A stretch of 63,804 nt of DNA, counting the filler, from Reticulomyxa filosa (Eukaryota; Protista; Foraminifera), in NCBI GenBank assembly GCA_000512085.1. It is 26 parts of 26 records of this genome, joined end to end, with 100 filler letters (N's around TTAATTAATTAA, not from the genome) between each part and the next. Parts side by side here need not be neighbours in the genome. Positions count along the whole stretch, not along the records: positions 1 to 7,782 come from ASPP01017140.1; positions 7,883 to 9,441 come from ASPP01026997.1; positions 9,542 to 11,341 come from ASPP01012433.1; positions 11,442 to 13,075 come from ASPP01050077.1; 22 more parts are not named here. The stretch is one strand, 5' to 3'. Each line of letters starts with the position of its first letter. Positions within the stretch are counted from its first letter, which is position 1. A program made the translations under genes and the position numbers. Positions 1-12,001 of the stretch are shown here, piece after piece. The notes beneath the pieces are model-generated. The model was not told where the DNA came from, did not search any database, and worked only from the letters and a program-made list of their open reading frames with translations.

Positions 1-35
1 AATAAAAAAAAAAAAAAAATGTCGCAATTGAAAAT

Positions 36-1439
36 TTGCAAGGTCGAGGCATTTTTGAATACATCAGTCATCTAAGCCACTCTTGTGTTCCGACATGTCA
101 GGTAAACGTGATTGACGAGAAAGGCACCGTAGAGTTGCGACTGTTGCGCGACATTCCCAAGCGAGGGATAATTTTGAGTCGCAACTACTTGGACAATTTG
201 GACGGTGCGCTGTCCATTGCCAGACATGCACCCGTGGCCAATGAGGGTGATGGCAAGCGCCAGCACAGCAGCAGCAGCAGCAGTAGCAGTGTGATGATGG
301 AAAAAACATATTTGAATAGCAATGTATGTGGCGATTTGAACTTGATCTCATGTCGTGATCGCTGCGAACGCTTGCTGCGACACTATCACATCCTGTGCCA
401 ATGCGTGCGGTGTCAGGACTGGGACAAACTGAGAGGCTTCCGCTGCTCGTGTGTTGTCAACAGTAACAACTGCCAAGGCATTCTCTGGAGCAAACCTCCG
501 TATTTCGTCTGGCAATGCCAAGAGTGTCAGCGATATGTGGAAAAGGAAGCCTTGCAATTGGCTTTGGAACAAGTGTGTTTCTTTGTTTTTGTTTTTTTTT
601 TTTACAATTCATAACTTATTACATTACGTATATACATATATGTATGTAATATGCTATGAATTGACTTACCAAAGACTCATTGCACTGGGGTCACACTGAA
701 CAAACACAAAACAATGAAAAGGAAAGCAAAATCTTGCATCGAATGCGTGGCATTGACGCGCTAATAAACTATCGCATATTTTCACAGACAATTCGCGAAA
801 ATTTGTACGTGCTTTTAAATGAGGCGTCATTGTTTCTTGCCAGAAATCACTGGATTATTCTCTATTTGCTGTGGATTTGCTTTGAAGAAAAGTTTAATCA
901 TCAAGTTACTGAAATTAGTAATCAGAGTTTGCTTGCGCATAACTACGATGATAACAGTGACAAGAGCAACAATAACAATAACAATAATAATAATAATATA
1001 AATCTCAACGTCGATAATAACAGCAACTTTGTTGGCCCACAAAATGTCTTCCCTTATCCATTGACCATCAACGAACGCTTACAACAAAGTTGGATTTACT
1101 TGAGAAGACATGTCGAATTGTGCCAATCCGTTTACAATTATCCAAACGAATTTTTGATTTGTAAATTAGAACTTTTGAGTGATCTGTTACCCAATGAAGA
1201 AACTTATAAATTTGTCGTTTTAAAACAACTCGTTCAATTTTACACATTAATGCATGGAGAAGTTTTGCTTTTCATTTCCTCTTTTTTTTTTCCAAAGGAT
1301 ATGGAATGAGGGTCGGAACAAAAACAAATTTTTTTTTTTTTAACAGCGGCACACCTCTACAAAGCGGGCTGTTTCGAAGTTAAAAGTTTATGAAAGATGG
1401 ATGAAATCCAATGAAACAAAAGAAGGCGAAGAGGATTGA
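36..1439 (+). CDS. SMYD-like SET-domain protein, C-terminal part (5'-partial, spliced)
   Basis: GIFEYISHLSHSCVPT (NHSCxPN-like), LRDI...SRNY, post-SET CQCVRC, then a further Cys cluster (CSC...CQG...CQEC). A helical tail ends HGE|RHTSTKRAVSKL via a phase-0 GT-AG intron at 1262-1346; stop TGA at 1437-1439. First intron ~573-674 has uncertain boundaries. Confidence 0.8.
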
Positions 1440-2641
1440 ATTAGCCCTCCACTCCTGAGTCATTTTTTTGTTGTACAGACTATGCTTGGAATTGTACAAC
1501 GAAAAGTTTTTCCTTTTTAATGCTAGTTTATCTTGTCGCAAGTCTCTTTTTTTTTTCTAAACTTGAAGATAGCTTTATCATGTCCTCTAAAATTACGTCG
1601 TAAAACAATAAAATTTTCTTTGAGAAACTACGAAATCTATGTTGCATCAGGAAAATCGCTCTAAAGTTTTCATTGCCAGCATCGAACTGGTGTACAACGA
1701 AAGTAATGCACTAGAAGGAGTGGTTTGTGAAAATGCCATATAAAAACAACAATAAAGATTTGCACAAGAAAAGCTGAAGAATAAGTACCATTAATAACAG
1801 GCCAAGAGAAAAAGAGTTTGTACATATCAAGTCACTTGTCAAAACAAGCATAATAATAACCACAATTTTCAAAGACTTGTCTTAATTTTTTAACTATCCA
1901 TTATGTTGTTTTTCTTACTGCAAACTACAAAAACGGTTTCATTGAATTTACTGTTACATGATTTTTTGGGTTTGGGCACACCGAAAAGGACGGTAAAACT
2001 TGAACTTGACGATATCTTAACAATAAAAACTATTTTCAAAATAAAAATAATTTCCGAAATTTTCAGAAGTGAAGCAGCCTTTCCGTAGGATTCTGAAAAA
2101 ATACTTTGGCCAACGAGAAGAAGGCTGCTGGAATGAACGGGTTAATGTGCGAAACAAACAACTGGAAGGGGGTGAATGTAAGCAATTTTGAAAAAAGAAA
2201 ACGGAAAAAACCAAATAAAAAAACAAAAAAAACAGGTTGCATTACTCACCTCCAAAAGTTTGGACATATGTAACTAGGCAAACAAATAAAAACGTTTTAT
2301 CGAAAATCGAACTGTAAACTTTCTAACTTTTTTTCTGCCAAGCAAATAAACGAAAAGAAAAAAAAAAAAATTGCACATACCCATATGCACATAAACAAAG
2401 AAAAAAAATTCTTTTCAACATGAACCGGATCTCTTAAAAGTTATCTATTGTATTGATTTTTGTATTGGAAATGGACTTTGAATAAAAAAAAAAAAAAAAG
2501 CGAGGTGGCACAAACAACGGAAAGACAAAACCAAATACTGCTATTACTGCTGATAATGATAATAAAATAAAAATAAAAATAAAAATAACAATAAAAAATA
2601 GGGAACAAGCCAATCGGATAAACAGTTTCTGTTTCGAGTAG

Positions 2642-5285
2642 AAGATTTTTTGGACATTGTCAGAAAGCTGAAACAGCAAATACAGAGTGCTGGTAAGTTA
2701 CATATTCTGCCACTTTGGCCGTTTTCCAAAACACAAAAGTGTTTTTTTTTTTTTTTTTTTGGAATTCACTACTTTTTAAAAAATGACTCATCGACAATTG
2801 GACTAACTTTGAAAAAGAAGAGAAAGTGTATATGCATATAAATGTATATTTATATGTATATGTGATTACCATGGGGTGGGATAAAATGGATTAGGGAGAA
2901 TTGACGATGCTGGCATCGAGCCAAATTTGATAATTGAAGATTTGAAAGAACATCTCCATAAAAACCAACGATTAGCAAAAGAGCACATTCAGCGATTTTT
3001 GTCAGGGTAATTTTTTTGGTGTCTTATGCACTTTCAAACGGATGTAATTTTGCAAATCTTTTTTCATCCTCCCCCCCCCCTCTCCTTTTTTTTTTTTTTA
3101 AAAAAAAGGGTAAAGGTGCTAAAAGGATTGAGCGAGAAATGTCCATACGCATTTGCTCATTGGCAGTCATTGCGCTCTTTATTCGAAGCAGCTGACGAAG
3201 CAAGACTGCATCACCCCGATATCGACGAGATTGCCATGCATCGCAGCATACAAGCTCAAGAGCGCTTGGCTTTTTTGCAATCGATGCAACAACAAAATAA
3301 CCACAATCAGAGCCATTACAGTCAGGGACGTAACTCGAATCATGGCCGGCCTTCTTTTGGAGGGCCTCCGCCTGTGCCCCCTCCTCCCCCTCCAATGTAT
3401 CACAACGAAGTACCGACGTCCTATCCACAGCCTCTTCCTCCACCTCTTCCACCACCACCTTCTTTATCTTCATCTTCGTCGTCATCGTCATCCTCCTCAT
3501 CCTCAGCATTATCATCTTCTTCTTCTTCGTCGCACGTATATCGCTCAGGATTTCCAAAAGGGGATCGCTATAGCCCCACGATGTCCCCTTCGCATTCTGG
3601 TTTTGACCGGCCGATATTCCACGATCACGACACATACGAAATGAAAGAGGACGACCGAAGCCACGTTGGGGAGTACTTCCACGTCGAGCCAGAATACGCG
3701 TCCATGGAGTGGTCAATGCCAATGGCCCCCTCGGCACCACTGTCCACGCTTGCACCGCCGCAGACACGAACGCCCACACCAACACCGACTATGACGGGGA
3801 CAATGTATGGAATGGATCCGGAGAACGATCGCACTTCAAATCATAATCACAATCATAATTCTAATCATAATCATAATCACAATAATAATTATCATAATCA
3901 GAATCAGAATCAGAATCAGAACCACAATCCGAATTATATGTCCATGCCACCTATGAAACGACCTCGCTACAACGACAACAATGAACACTCGTATTATCAC
4001 GACGGGCGTCCCGAACACAAATACTATCCTCTACACGACAAGCGATCGCCTCCTCCATTTGTCAGTGAAGACACGCATGGACGAAGAAACTTTTCTCTTC
4101 TTCGAAATAACAATGGTCACGCCTTCAAGGACATGGCCCAGGGAAACACACGATTCAATAAGCACAATAACTGGGAAGACGTTTTGGATTATGGTGGAGA
4201 TATGCATAACACAAAAGACGACAACACAAATGACAATAATAATAATAATGATTGCATGTTAAAGTCATCTGAAATACCCATTGAAGAAAGCAGTGGGAAC
4301 AATACAAACATGGACGCGAAGGGAATGGAAGGAGAACGCAGAACACTGTTCATCACCAACTTCCCAAAGTGGTGGGGGAGCAAAGAAATTGCGTACTTGT
4401 TTGACACCATCGGCGAAATTGACCAGTGTTTCCCTCGGGGGGCCACTGCTCTGGTGCATTTCTGCACCCACGTTGACGCCTACGTTAAAAAAAGAAAAGT
4501 TTTTCGTCCCTAACAAACAAACCAATGATATATACCTCTCACATTATATACATCACACATACACACGCACATACGCTTAAAAAAAAAAAAAAAAAAAGCA
4601 TGCGTTGGAAAATTTTAAAAACCGAGTGCCCATGGGATGCAAGCGACCTTTAAAAGTAACATTTTCAGAAAGACCACGTTACGGGTATGTGTGTAAGAGA
4701 GGTGCACGAGGCAAAGAACAGAGTAAGATAATTGCAATTGCAATTGCAATTGTCATCGTAATTATAATTGTAATTGTAATTTAAAAAAAAAAAAAAATTT
4801 AAAAATAGAACTGCCAATCCGACCAGTTCCTATTGTTGGAATTGGAATGAACGTGAATGCCTGGATCGAAGTTGTAAAAGAAGACACGAGTGCAAGTGGT
4901 GCGACGGAGACCACCCTCGTAAAAAATGCCCAGATATCAAAACCTTCTTTTTAAGCGATCGAGTTGAGTTGAGCGTTGCTGTGTTGTGTTGTGCTGTGTT
5001 ATGTGGGTGTGGTTTTGTCGTATCGTTTGCAAATTGCTCTTGCACAAACAAATATATACATAAATATCACACATATCCACATTTACCATGGGATTTGCAT
5101 TTGCAAAGCCCCCAATGATGGACACCATGTTAGGATCTAAGCGCAAGCGCTTCGACATGAACGACGGACACTATGACGAAACCAAACGTGAGGAAAGTGC
5201 AAGTCGCTATTGTAACAATAGCAACAGTGGTGAGAATTACACTTATAAAACACATCACTACAGCAGCAGTGACAATAGCAATAAC

Positions 5286-5373
<88 letters not shown>

Positions 5374-7782
5374 GTAATAATAATAATAGCTATTATAACA
5401 ATAATCATCATTACAATAGTCAAAATAACTACAATCATCACAACCATTATAATCATCATAATCATAATAATCATCATAACCATTACAATCATTATAATAA
5501 CCGTCACAATCACTACAATAATTCAAATTCAACAAATTACAGCAATCACAATAGGGATAACAATGGCCATTATTACCAGCACCACAATAGATACAACAGC
5601 TTGAAAAACACAAATGACAATGACACGGACAATAGACAGGACGATGACATCCACAACGGCAGTAACAATGGCAACAGCAGTGGCAATAGCAATAGCAATA
5701 GCAATAGCAATACCGAAGATACGATTCAAGTGCACGAGGTGATAGTGGAAGACATTCCAGGGAGCATAACACAACACGATTTGCGTCAGCTCTTTCGTAA
5801 CTGTGGAGAGTTGTTGAAAGTTCGAATCACGAAGAGCGGCGATAGCAACAGCCGCACAATATTGCGGGCCTTCCTGCAGTTCCATTCGAATGAGGCTGTG
5901 GACAAAGCCATCAAGAAGAACAACACGCCTTACATGGGCAGTGCCATTACCGTTCGAAAGGGCAAGCTCATGGCCATTCCCAATCCCAATTTCAATTTCA
6001 ATTCCAATTCCAATTCCAATTCCGATGCAAACAGGTCCACAGACACAGTCCCAAAGGCAGTATCAAAGACTAAGCTGCAAACGTCTAAGGCAACAGCACG
6101 TCCATCCAAGTCGCCCTCTTTATCTAGTTTGCAAAGTGAGACCAAGACGATCAAACAAAGTGATGACCATTGCAATAATAGCAATACGAACGAAAAGACA
6201 AAGAGCAAGATGAAGACAAAGACAAGTGATAGCTCAAACTGGACAGCTCGAGAGTCGTCCGTATCATCTACAAAAAGGAATGATAACTCGAGTGACGAAA
6301 GGTCCGTTAGCAATAACAATAACAATAGCAACAATAATAATAACAATAACAATAACAATAACAATAATCACAATATCAATAGCAATAGTAATAACAATAA
6401 CAACTCGAAAGCAAATGTGAGTGGCGAAAATGTCGAAGACAAGGAAAGGAAGAAGAACAAGTCAAGCATAAACACAAGCAAAACCAGCGATGGGAAAGTG
6501 GTATGGAAGCGAAGGTACCGTTTGGAGGACATATGCGAGAAGTATAACAGCGAAAAGGGATGTTTTTCGGAAGATTGCATCCACATTCACGTGTGTCAGC
6601 TGTGCGAAAGTGAGACCCATTGCAGTTGGTCGTGCGAACATAAGAACACCAAAATGGCGGACAAATTGATGTCCAAGTTGCGCAGTGGCACCAATGCTAA
6701 TCACAAAAGCCATCCAATCCTAATCTTAATTCAAGGTCTACTTCGAGTTCTAATCCTCCATCTGACTCCAAAGATCCCCTTGTCCCGCAAATTCCAACTT
6801 TGGACATCTCTGACTTATCACGTGTGGGTATCGATGCTACCACTTCTTCTTCATCTTCGTCTTCTTCGATGGCATGCAATACAGAAAAAGAAAAAGAAAA
6901 AGAAAAAGAGAGTGGATGTTCGCAAGAGTCGATAATTGCCACTTTGGAGTGTCTAAAGATGGACCGCTTGGAAGCAGTGACGGCAGGCATGATTGTGTTT
7001 GTGTGCGACGACGATACGTGGCGACGTGCGCGAGTGATGGAACGTGGGGACGGTATTGGGACCCTACGACTCAGCAGGTGCATAAGAAGACACTGGATGA
7101 GGTCGTTATCGGACATGGCAATGGCGGTCGTATTAAAGTCCATTGGCTAGGCTTTGATCACTCTTACGATTATTGGATTGCATTGGACGACGACCAATCC
7201 TGCAAACGCTCCCTCCAAATCACTATGCCTGATCAATATCGATCCCAAGCCTCGGTCGATCGCGTCTTCTTCGATCACACGCTGCGCTCGTTGAACGTCT
7301 TCGACCACTCTCTGGACGAACAACACGTTCGGATGTATTTAAGAAAGTGTGGTCTGCGCGATGATGGAGAGTCCTTGATTGTACGCGAACGACTCCAAAA
7401 TATTCAGGATGAATTCGCTGCCATTTACCATCTTCAAGACATTGTTCAACTCAATTGCAAAGATGTCCTTCCTCATTTGCAATTGTTTCAACATGACAAT
7501 ACCAATGCCAATACCAATGCCAATACCAATGCCAATGAGGATGATCCTGATGCAGATCCTGATCATTTGTCCGTGTCAACGCCACTTGCAATGCCACTCG
7601 ACAAACGCTCTGGCATCGATGCTAGTAGTGACTCCGACAATGCCACCGTCGCCAATAGCATAGAGCCTGTAGCTCTTCTTGATGGCGATCCTATCAAACC
7701 TGTTCTTAATACTGGTCCTGATTCGAATGCCAGTGTCAATGACAATGCCAATATCGATGTTTGTATCAATACCAATACCAAT
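2642..7782 (+). CDS. Multi-domain nucleic-acid-binding protein: RRM-ZnF-RRM-ZnF-chromo-barrel/Tudor-knot-SAP-like (spliced, both ends incomplete)
   Basis: Phase-compatible GT-AG introns at 2693-2894, 3007-3108, 4484-4598, 4685-4808 and 4963-5108 join the 3026 and 5088 ORFs. RRM1 TLFITNFP...ALVHF...PLKVTFS; RRM2 EVIVEDIP...AFLQF...AITVR; two Cys/His fingers; IKVHWLGFDHSYDYWI; LDEQHVRMYLRKCGLRDDGESLIVRERL. Frame breaks at ~6708 and ~7049 lie in short homopolymers. Confidence 0.7.
5281..5390 (+). repeat. (AAT)n microsatellite encoding poly-Asn
   Basis: More than 30 near-perfect AAT units in frame, followed by an N/H/Y-rich tract. Confidence 0.95.
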
Positions 7783-7882
7783 NNNNNNNNNNNNNNNNNN
7801 NNNNNNNNNNNNNNNNNNNNNNNNNNTTAATTAATTAANNNNNNNNNNNNNNNNNNNNNNNNNNNNNNNNNNNNNNNNNNNN
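7783..7882. other. Artificial contig linker (first of 25): N44-TTAATTAATTAA-N44
   Basis: Identical 100-bp units start at 7783, 9442, 11342, 13076, 14935, 17783, 23946, 25502, 27308, 29041, 31390, 34059, 35274, 36924, 38189, 41168, 45444, 46728, 48738, 51273, 52570, 54274, 56690, 58957 and 60114. The core puts stops in all six frames, and composition changes abruptly across linkers. Confidence 0.99.
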
Positions 7883-9120
7883 TACTGAATCACCAATTAC
7901 CAAACCGACATTAATTCCAACGATTGTTACAACTGAACCACCGACATTCGATCAAACCGGATCACCAATCGTCAGGCAGACATTAATACCAACATTAGGA
8001 TCAACACGAACACCAACCGTGGAGCAAATGGGTTCACCTACTGTAGGACCTACATTTCGATATACACAAATATCATCAACTAACGAACCAATGTATAACA
8101 GAAATCCCACTGTAGAAGGTCACAGCAATTTACCAACAGGTATATACTATTTATTTCTATTTATTTCTTTGAATTTGAAAATATCTTATTATTTTATTTT
8201 TTTGAATAATACAGGAAAACCAACAAGTATCCCTACACTCCATTCAATTAATTCTTTGGCTCCGTTTTCACTTCCTACTCAAAAACCTGTCACTTCAACT
8301 GTTATACCATCAATAACATTATCTCCTACATTAATTCCTGTTAATTTAGACTGTTGGTCTGAACCAAATCTCGATACAATATGTTTTTCAGCAAAATATG
8401 CATGTTCTTATCCATCAGATGAAACATGTTTATATTCTCAATGTTTAAAATATTGTGATCAAATATCATGGTGTAAGGGTATTGAATGGTGGAATTTTGC
8501 ATTCCCTGATCCTTTTTCTGCATGTTATCTTTGCAAGACTCCTCCAATAATTAATACTGCAGGTCGATTAACACCAGGAATATTTGTGTTTAGTGCTCGT
8601 AATGAATGTATATCTACATCAAGTCCGATTTTGGTACCATCACATCGACCAACAACAATTCCTACTATACAACCTTCGATGAATCCAACTAAAGTACCAA
8701 CAACAACAACAACAACAACAACTAAAGTATCAACATCACATACAATCCGTCGTACAACATCTAAGCCAACAACATCACCAATACCATGCGTTGCAACATG
8801 GAGTAAATGGTCTCTATGGAGTAATTGTGTTCCAATGGCAGGCAAATGGTAAAGGATCTTCAAATAATATATAAAATATAAATATATATTATATATATAT
8901 TATATATATATATTTTTTCTCAGAATTTTCATTAAAAAAAAAAATATATAGTGGCATTGGCATACAATATCGAACTCGAACATGTAATACCTGTCAAAAT
9001 GATAATGAACAGTGGAGCTCTAGTGACAATACCAGTGGTAAAAAGAAAAAATGGATTAATGACATAAAACAATGTATAGGAGATAATTTTGAAGATCAAT
9101 ATTGCTATATTCAGTGTTGA
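7883..9120 (+). CDS. Secreted/surface protein with PT-rich mucin-like stalks, Cys-rich PAN/apple-like module and C-terminal thrombospondin type 1 repeat (5'-partial)
   Basis: xPT repeats; CLKYCDQISWCKGIEW...CYLC; WSKWSLWSNC...C|GIGIQYRTRTC reconstructed across intron 8849-8951; intron 8140-8214; stop 9118-9120. Confidence 0.75.
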
Positions 9121-9541
9121 TCAAATAATTATTTTAGCTTTTTAGAAGCATGGTGTGGAATTCATATATTTGTGTTATCATAATTTTTAAGTTTTTCTCC
9201 AAATTTGTATTTTTTTATATAACTGATTATGTTTATTCATTTATTTTCTTGTGGAATATAACAAACTTCTTTTTTTTTTTTTTGGAGAAAAAAACATTTT
9301 CACTTTTTAATTTTACAACTCTCATATTTGCCGATTTATCTCAACAAAAGGATACTTTTCGGTTATTAAAAACAGCTCTTAAGGATGATATTTTATGTTT
9401 AAAAACAAACAAGTTTTTTATTGGTATTTGTTTCAAGATTTNNNNNNNNNNNNNNNNNNNNNNNNNNNNNNNNNNNNNNNNNNNNTTAATTAATTAANNN
9501 NNNNNNNNNNNNNNNNNNNNNNNNNNNNNNNNNNNNNNNNN

Positions 9542-9620
9542 GTGTAGTTTTTAAATATCATTTTGAATTTAGTTTTTATTAAATCTTTACTAATTGTTTA
9601 AAAAATTTCAATATTTTTAT
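9542..9620 (+). mobile_element. Internal fragment of Tc1/mariner terminal repeat
   Basis: GTGTAGTTTTTAAATATCATTTTG... matches the reverse complement of 38289-38360. Confidence 0.55.
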
Positions 9621-9888
9621 AGAAAAAGTTGACAATCGGGAATATCTTTATGTATTTTTTGAGTGGATCGATATTTTAGGGCAAACATCATTTGATGCCA
9701 TACAATTTTGTAAGTTTGTTATTGAAAAAAAACTTTATCCTTCAATAATTTGTTATAGATACTTTATTGTCTTTTATTTAAGTCACTAAATAACATGCAG
9801 AAGAGTATGTCTCAAATCTTTGTCTTCCTTACAAAAAACAAAGACATCAATTCTTTAAAACTTAAAAAAATTCAACAACATTAACGAA

Positions 9889-10640
9889 ATGGGTAATCAA
9901 ATACAACTCATTTTCAAACTTTGAAGGAGTTGCCCACTCCACTTTCTCATTCTCAATGTGTGTTACACAAACACGAACTACTCATTTGTGGAGGTCTTGG
10001 TGAAACAGCTTGTTATTCTTATCACATACTCAAAAACGGATACAAGTTTATGTGAGTATCCAAGTTATGTTATACTAAAAGGACACTGTAGTGAAACTGG
10101 TAGATAGCAACAGTAATAACGACAATCAAATCACTTTGTTGTCTTTTGGATCTGGTCATAATGGAGAAAATAAACATACATTGGTGATGAAATATATAAG
10201 TGTTTGGAGTGATGACAACAATAATGATGATAAAAATCAAAATGAAACGAATAAATCAAAAAAATTCAATCAATTCAATCAATTAAACAATTAAACAATT
10301 ACAATCAATGGATTCTTTTCACAGACAATAACAATCATCCAATTATGATTATTATAATGAAGTGCGTGCATTGATTGGTGGAATCAACATCATTTGTTAT
10401 TTATCACTTATTAATATAATAATATTAGTGTGTTTGATTTAAATACATTTCAATTTATTAAACGTGATAAATTACCAACTGATAATTTAATATTTGGTCA
10501 TTGCTTTATATCAAAATCAGAAAATGGACAAGTACAAGAAATGATGAAAACAAATCAAAAAATCAACAAAATTATCAAATGATGTTGTTTTGTTTCGATA
10601 CTACCTGTTTGTGATGATATTGCACCATTCTATGCATCTT
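9889..10640 (+). pseudogene. Kelch-like beta-propeller family pseudogene
   Basis: MGNQ...FQTLKELPTPLSHSQCVLHKHELLICGG...CYSYH...KLVD...ITLLSFG...HTLVMKYISVW...RALIGG, with several frameshifts and stops. Resembles the expanded Kelch-motif family I associate with Reticulomyxa. Confidence 0.75.
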
Positions 10641-11139
10641 TGAAAAGTGTTTCAAAAAATTACTAAATGTAATATTTCGGATTGGAAAGAAACATATGTA
10701 TTAGTCTATCTTTTACTTTGTCTATCAATTTAAGAAATGATAAAACTTTAACATCAACTCTTGCTTTCAAGTAAATTAACTCTTTTATTTTTTTTAATGC
10801 TTCTTCAAAATTTATTTCATCTATTGTATTTCATAATGATTTTAGCAAAATCATCGATCAAATCCAATAATGATGCGATTTCATTTTTTGACTGTTTATA
10901 ATTTATTATTTGTCAGTCAGTTTCATACAATAAAATATATTCTAATTTCATCAAAATAAATAAACAATAATTGTGAAACGTAAAATACACGCAATTTAGC
11001 CTTCGTGTGAGTTGATAATATTATCTTTTGGCAAACATGATAAAATATGTTAACATAATAACAAAAATCTTTTCAAGCGAAATCACTACTATAATAATTC
11101 CTTTCAATTTCATTAACAATCCAATTATGCACGCAAATT

Positions 11140-11258
11140 TAAAAAAAAAGCGAAGGAAGGGAAAAGCGAAAAAGAAAAAGTTAAATCAGGCGGCGCCTTC
11201 AGGCGCCGCCCGAACTAACTCTTTCTTTTTGCTTTTGTCTTCCTTCGCTTTTTTTTTA
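11140..11258. repeat. ~120-bp imperfect palindrome with GC-rich core hairpin
   Basis: Core GGCGGCGCC-TTCA-GGCGCCGCC at 11189-11210. Arms extend to TAAAAAAAAAGCGAAGGAAG / CTTCCTTCGCTTTTTTTTTA, with about 6 mismatches and a 1-nt bulge over ~59 bp. Confidence 0.95.
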
Positions 11259-12001
11259 GCTTTCCGAGTTCTACAAAAGTGTGTTTTTGACGTATCTTTT
11301 GAAATCTCAACTGTATCGAGTAAAACTTTATTCTACGCATGNNNNNNNNNNNNNNNNNNNNNNNNNNNNNNNNNNNNNNNNNNNNTTAATTAATTAANNN
11401 NNNNNNNNNNNNNNNNNNNNNNNNNNNNNNNNNNNNNNNNNTATGCTACAAAGAAACTTTGGTACCTTCTTTTTGAAACTTTACTTTTCTTGTTTTTTGA
11501 TTAGTTCTATTATTTAATTTATTTTATTTTTGAAATACACTTAAGTAAAAATTAGGGTGACAAAAATGATATAATTTGAATTATACAAATAGCGATCGTC
11601 AATTAATAAACAATAAACTCTCTGTGCTAATCAAAAAATCCACAAATTGCAATTTTGATTTTTTTTAGACAATTGAATTTGAAATATGGATTTGGACAAT
11701 GTTTACTGCTTTAAACTTTGGTTCCAAGTAAACACAACGTGTGAATAGATACTTTGTCAATATTTCAAGTCGATAAAAAAAAGATTAGTTGAACTTTGAC
11801 CCTGGGCCAAAACGAGTGGAAGTACAAGAGTTTCAATTCTCAATTTTAAAATGGCATCAAACTGATATAAATGCGCATTAATTTGTTTGGAATTCTATCA
11901 GAGTTTTTTAAAAAGCGCTAAAAAATATGTTATAAGTGTTCCCTTTTACATAAAAAAAAAAAATAGTTTCACAGACAAGTAATTAAAAAAAAAATCGAAA
12001 G

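Noticed and set aside
5130-6586. Poly-Ile, poly-Tyr and poly-Leu ORFs on alternative frames/strands
   Set aside because: Shadows of the AAT/AAC repeats in the real poly-Asn reading frame.
11189-11210. GC hairpin as rho-independent terminator
   Set aside because: Eukaryotic contig, no U-tract directly after the stem, and it is the centre of a much longer palindrome.
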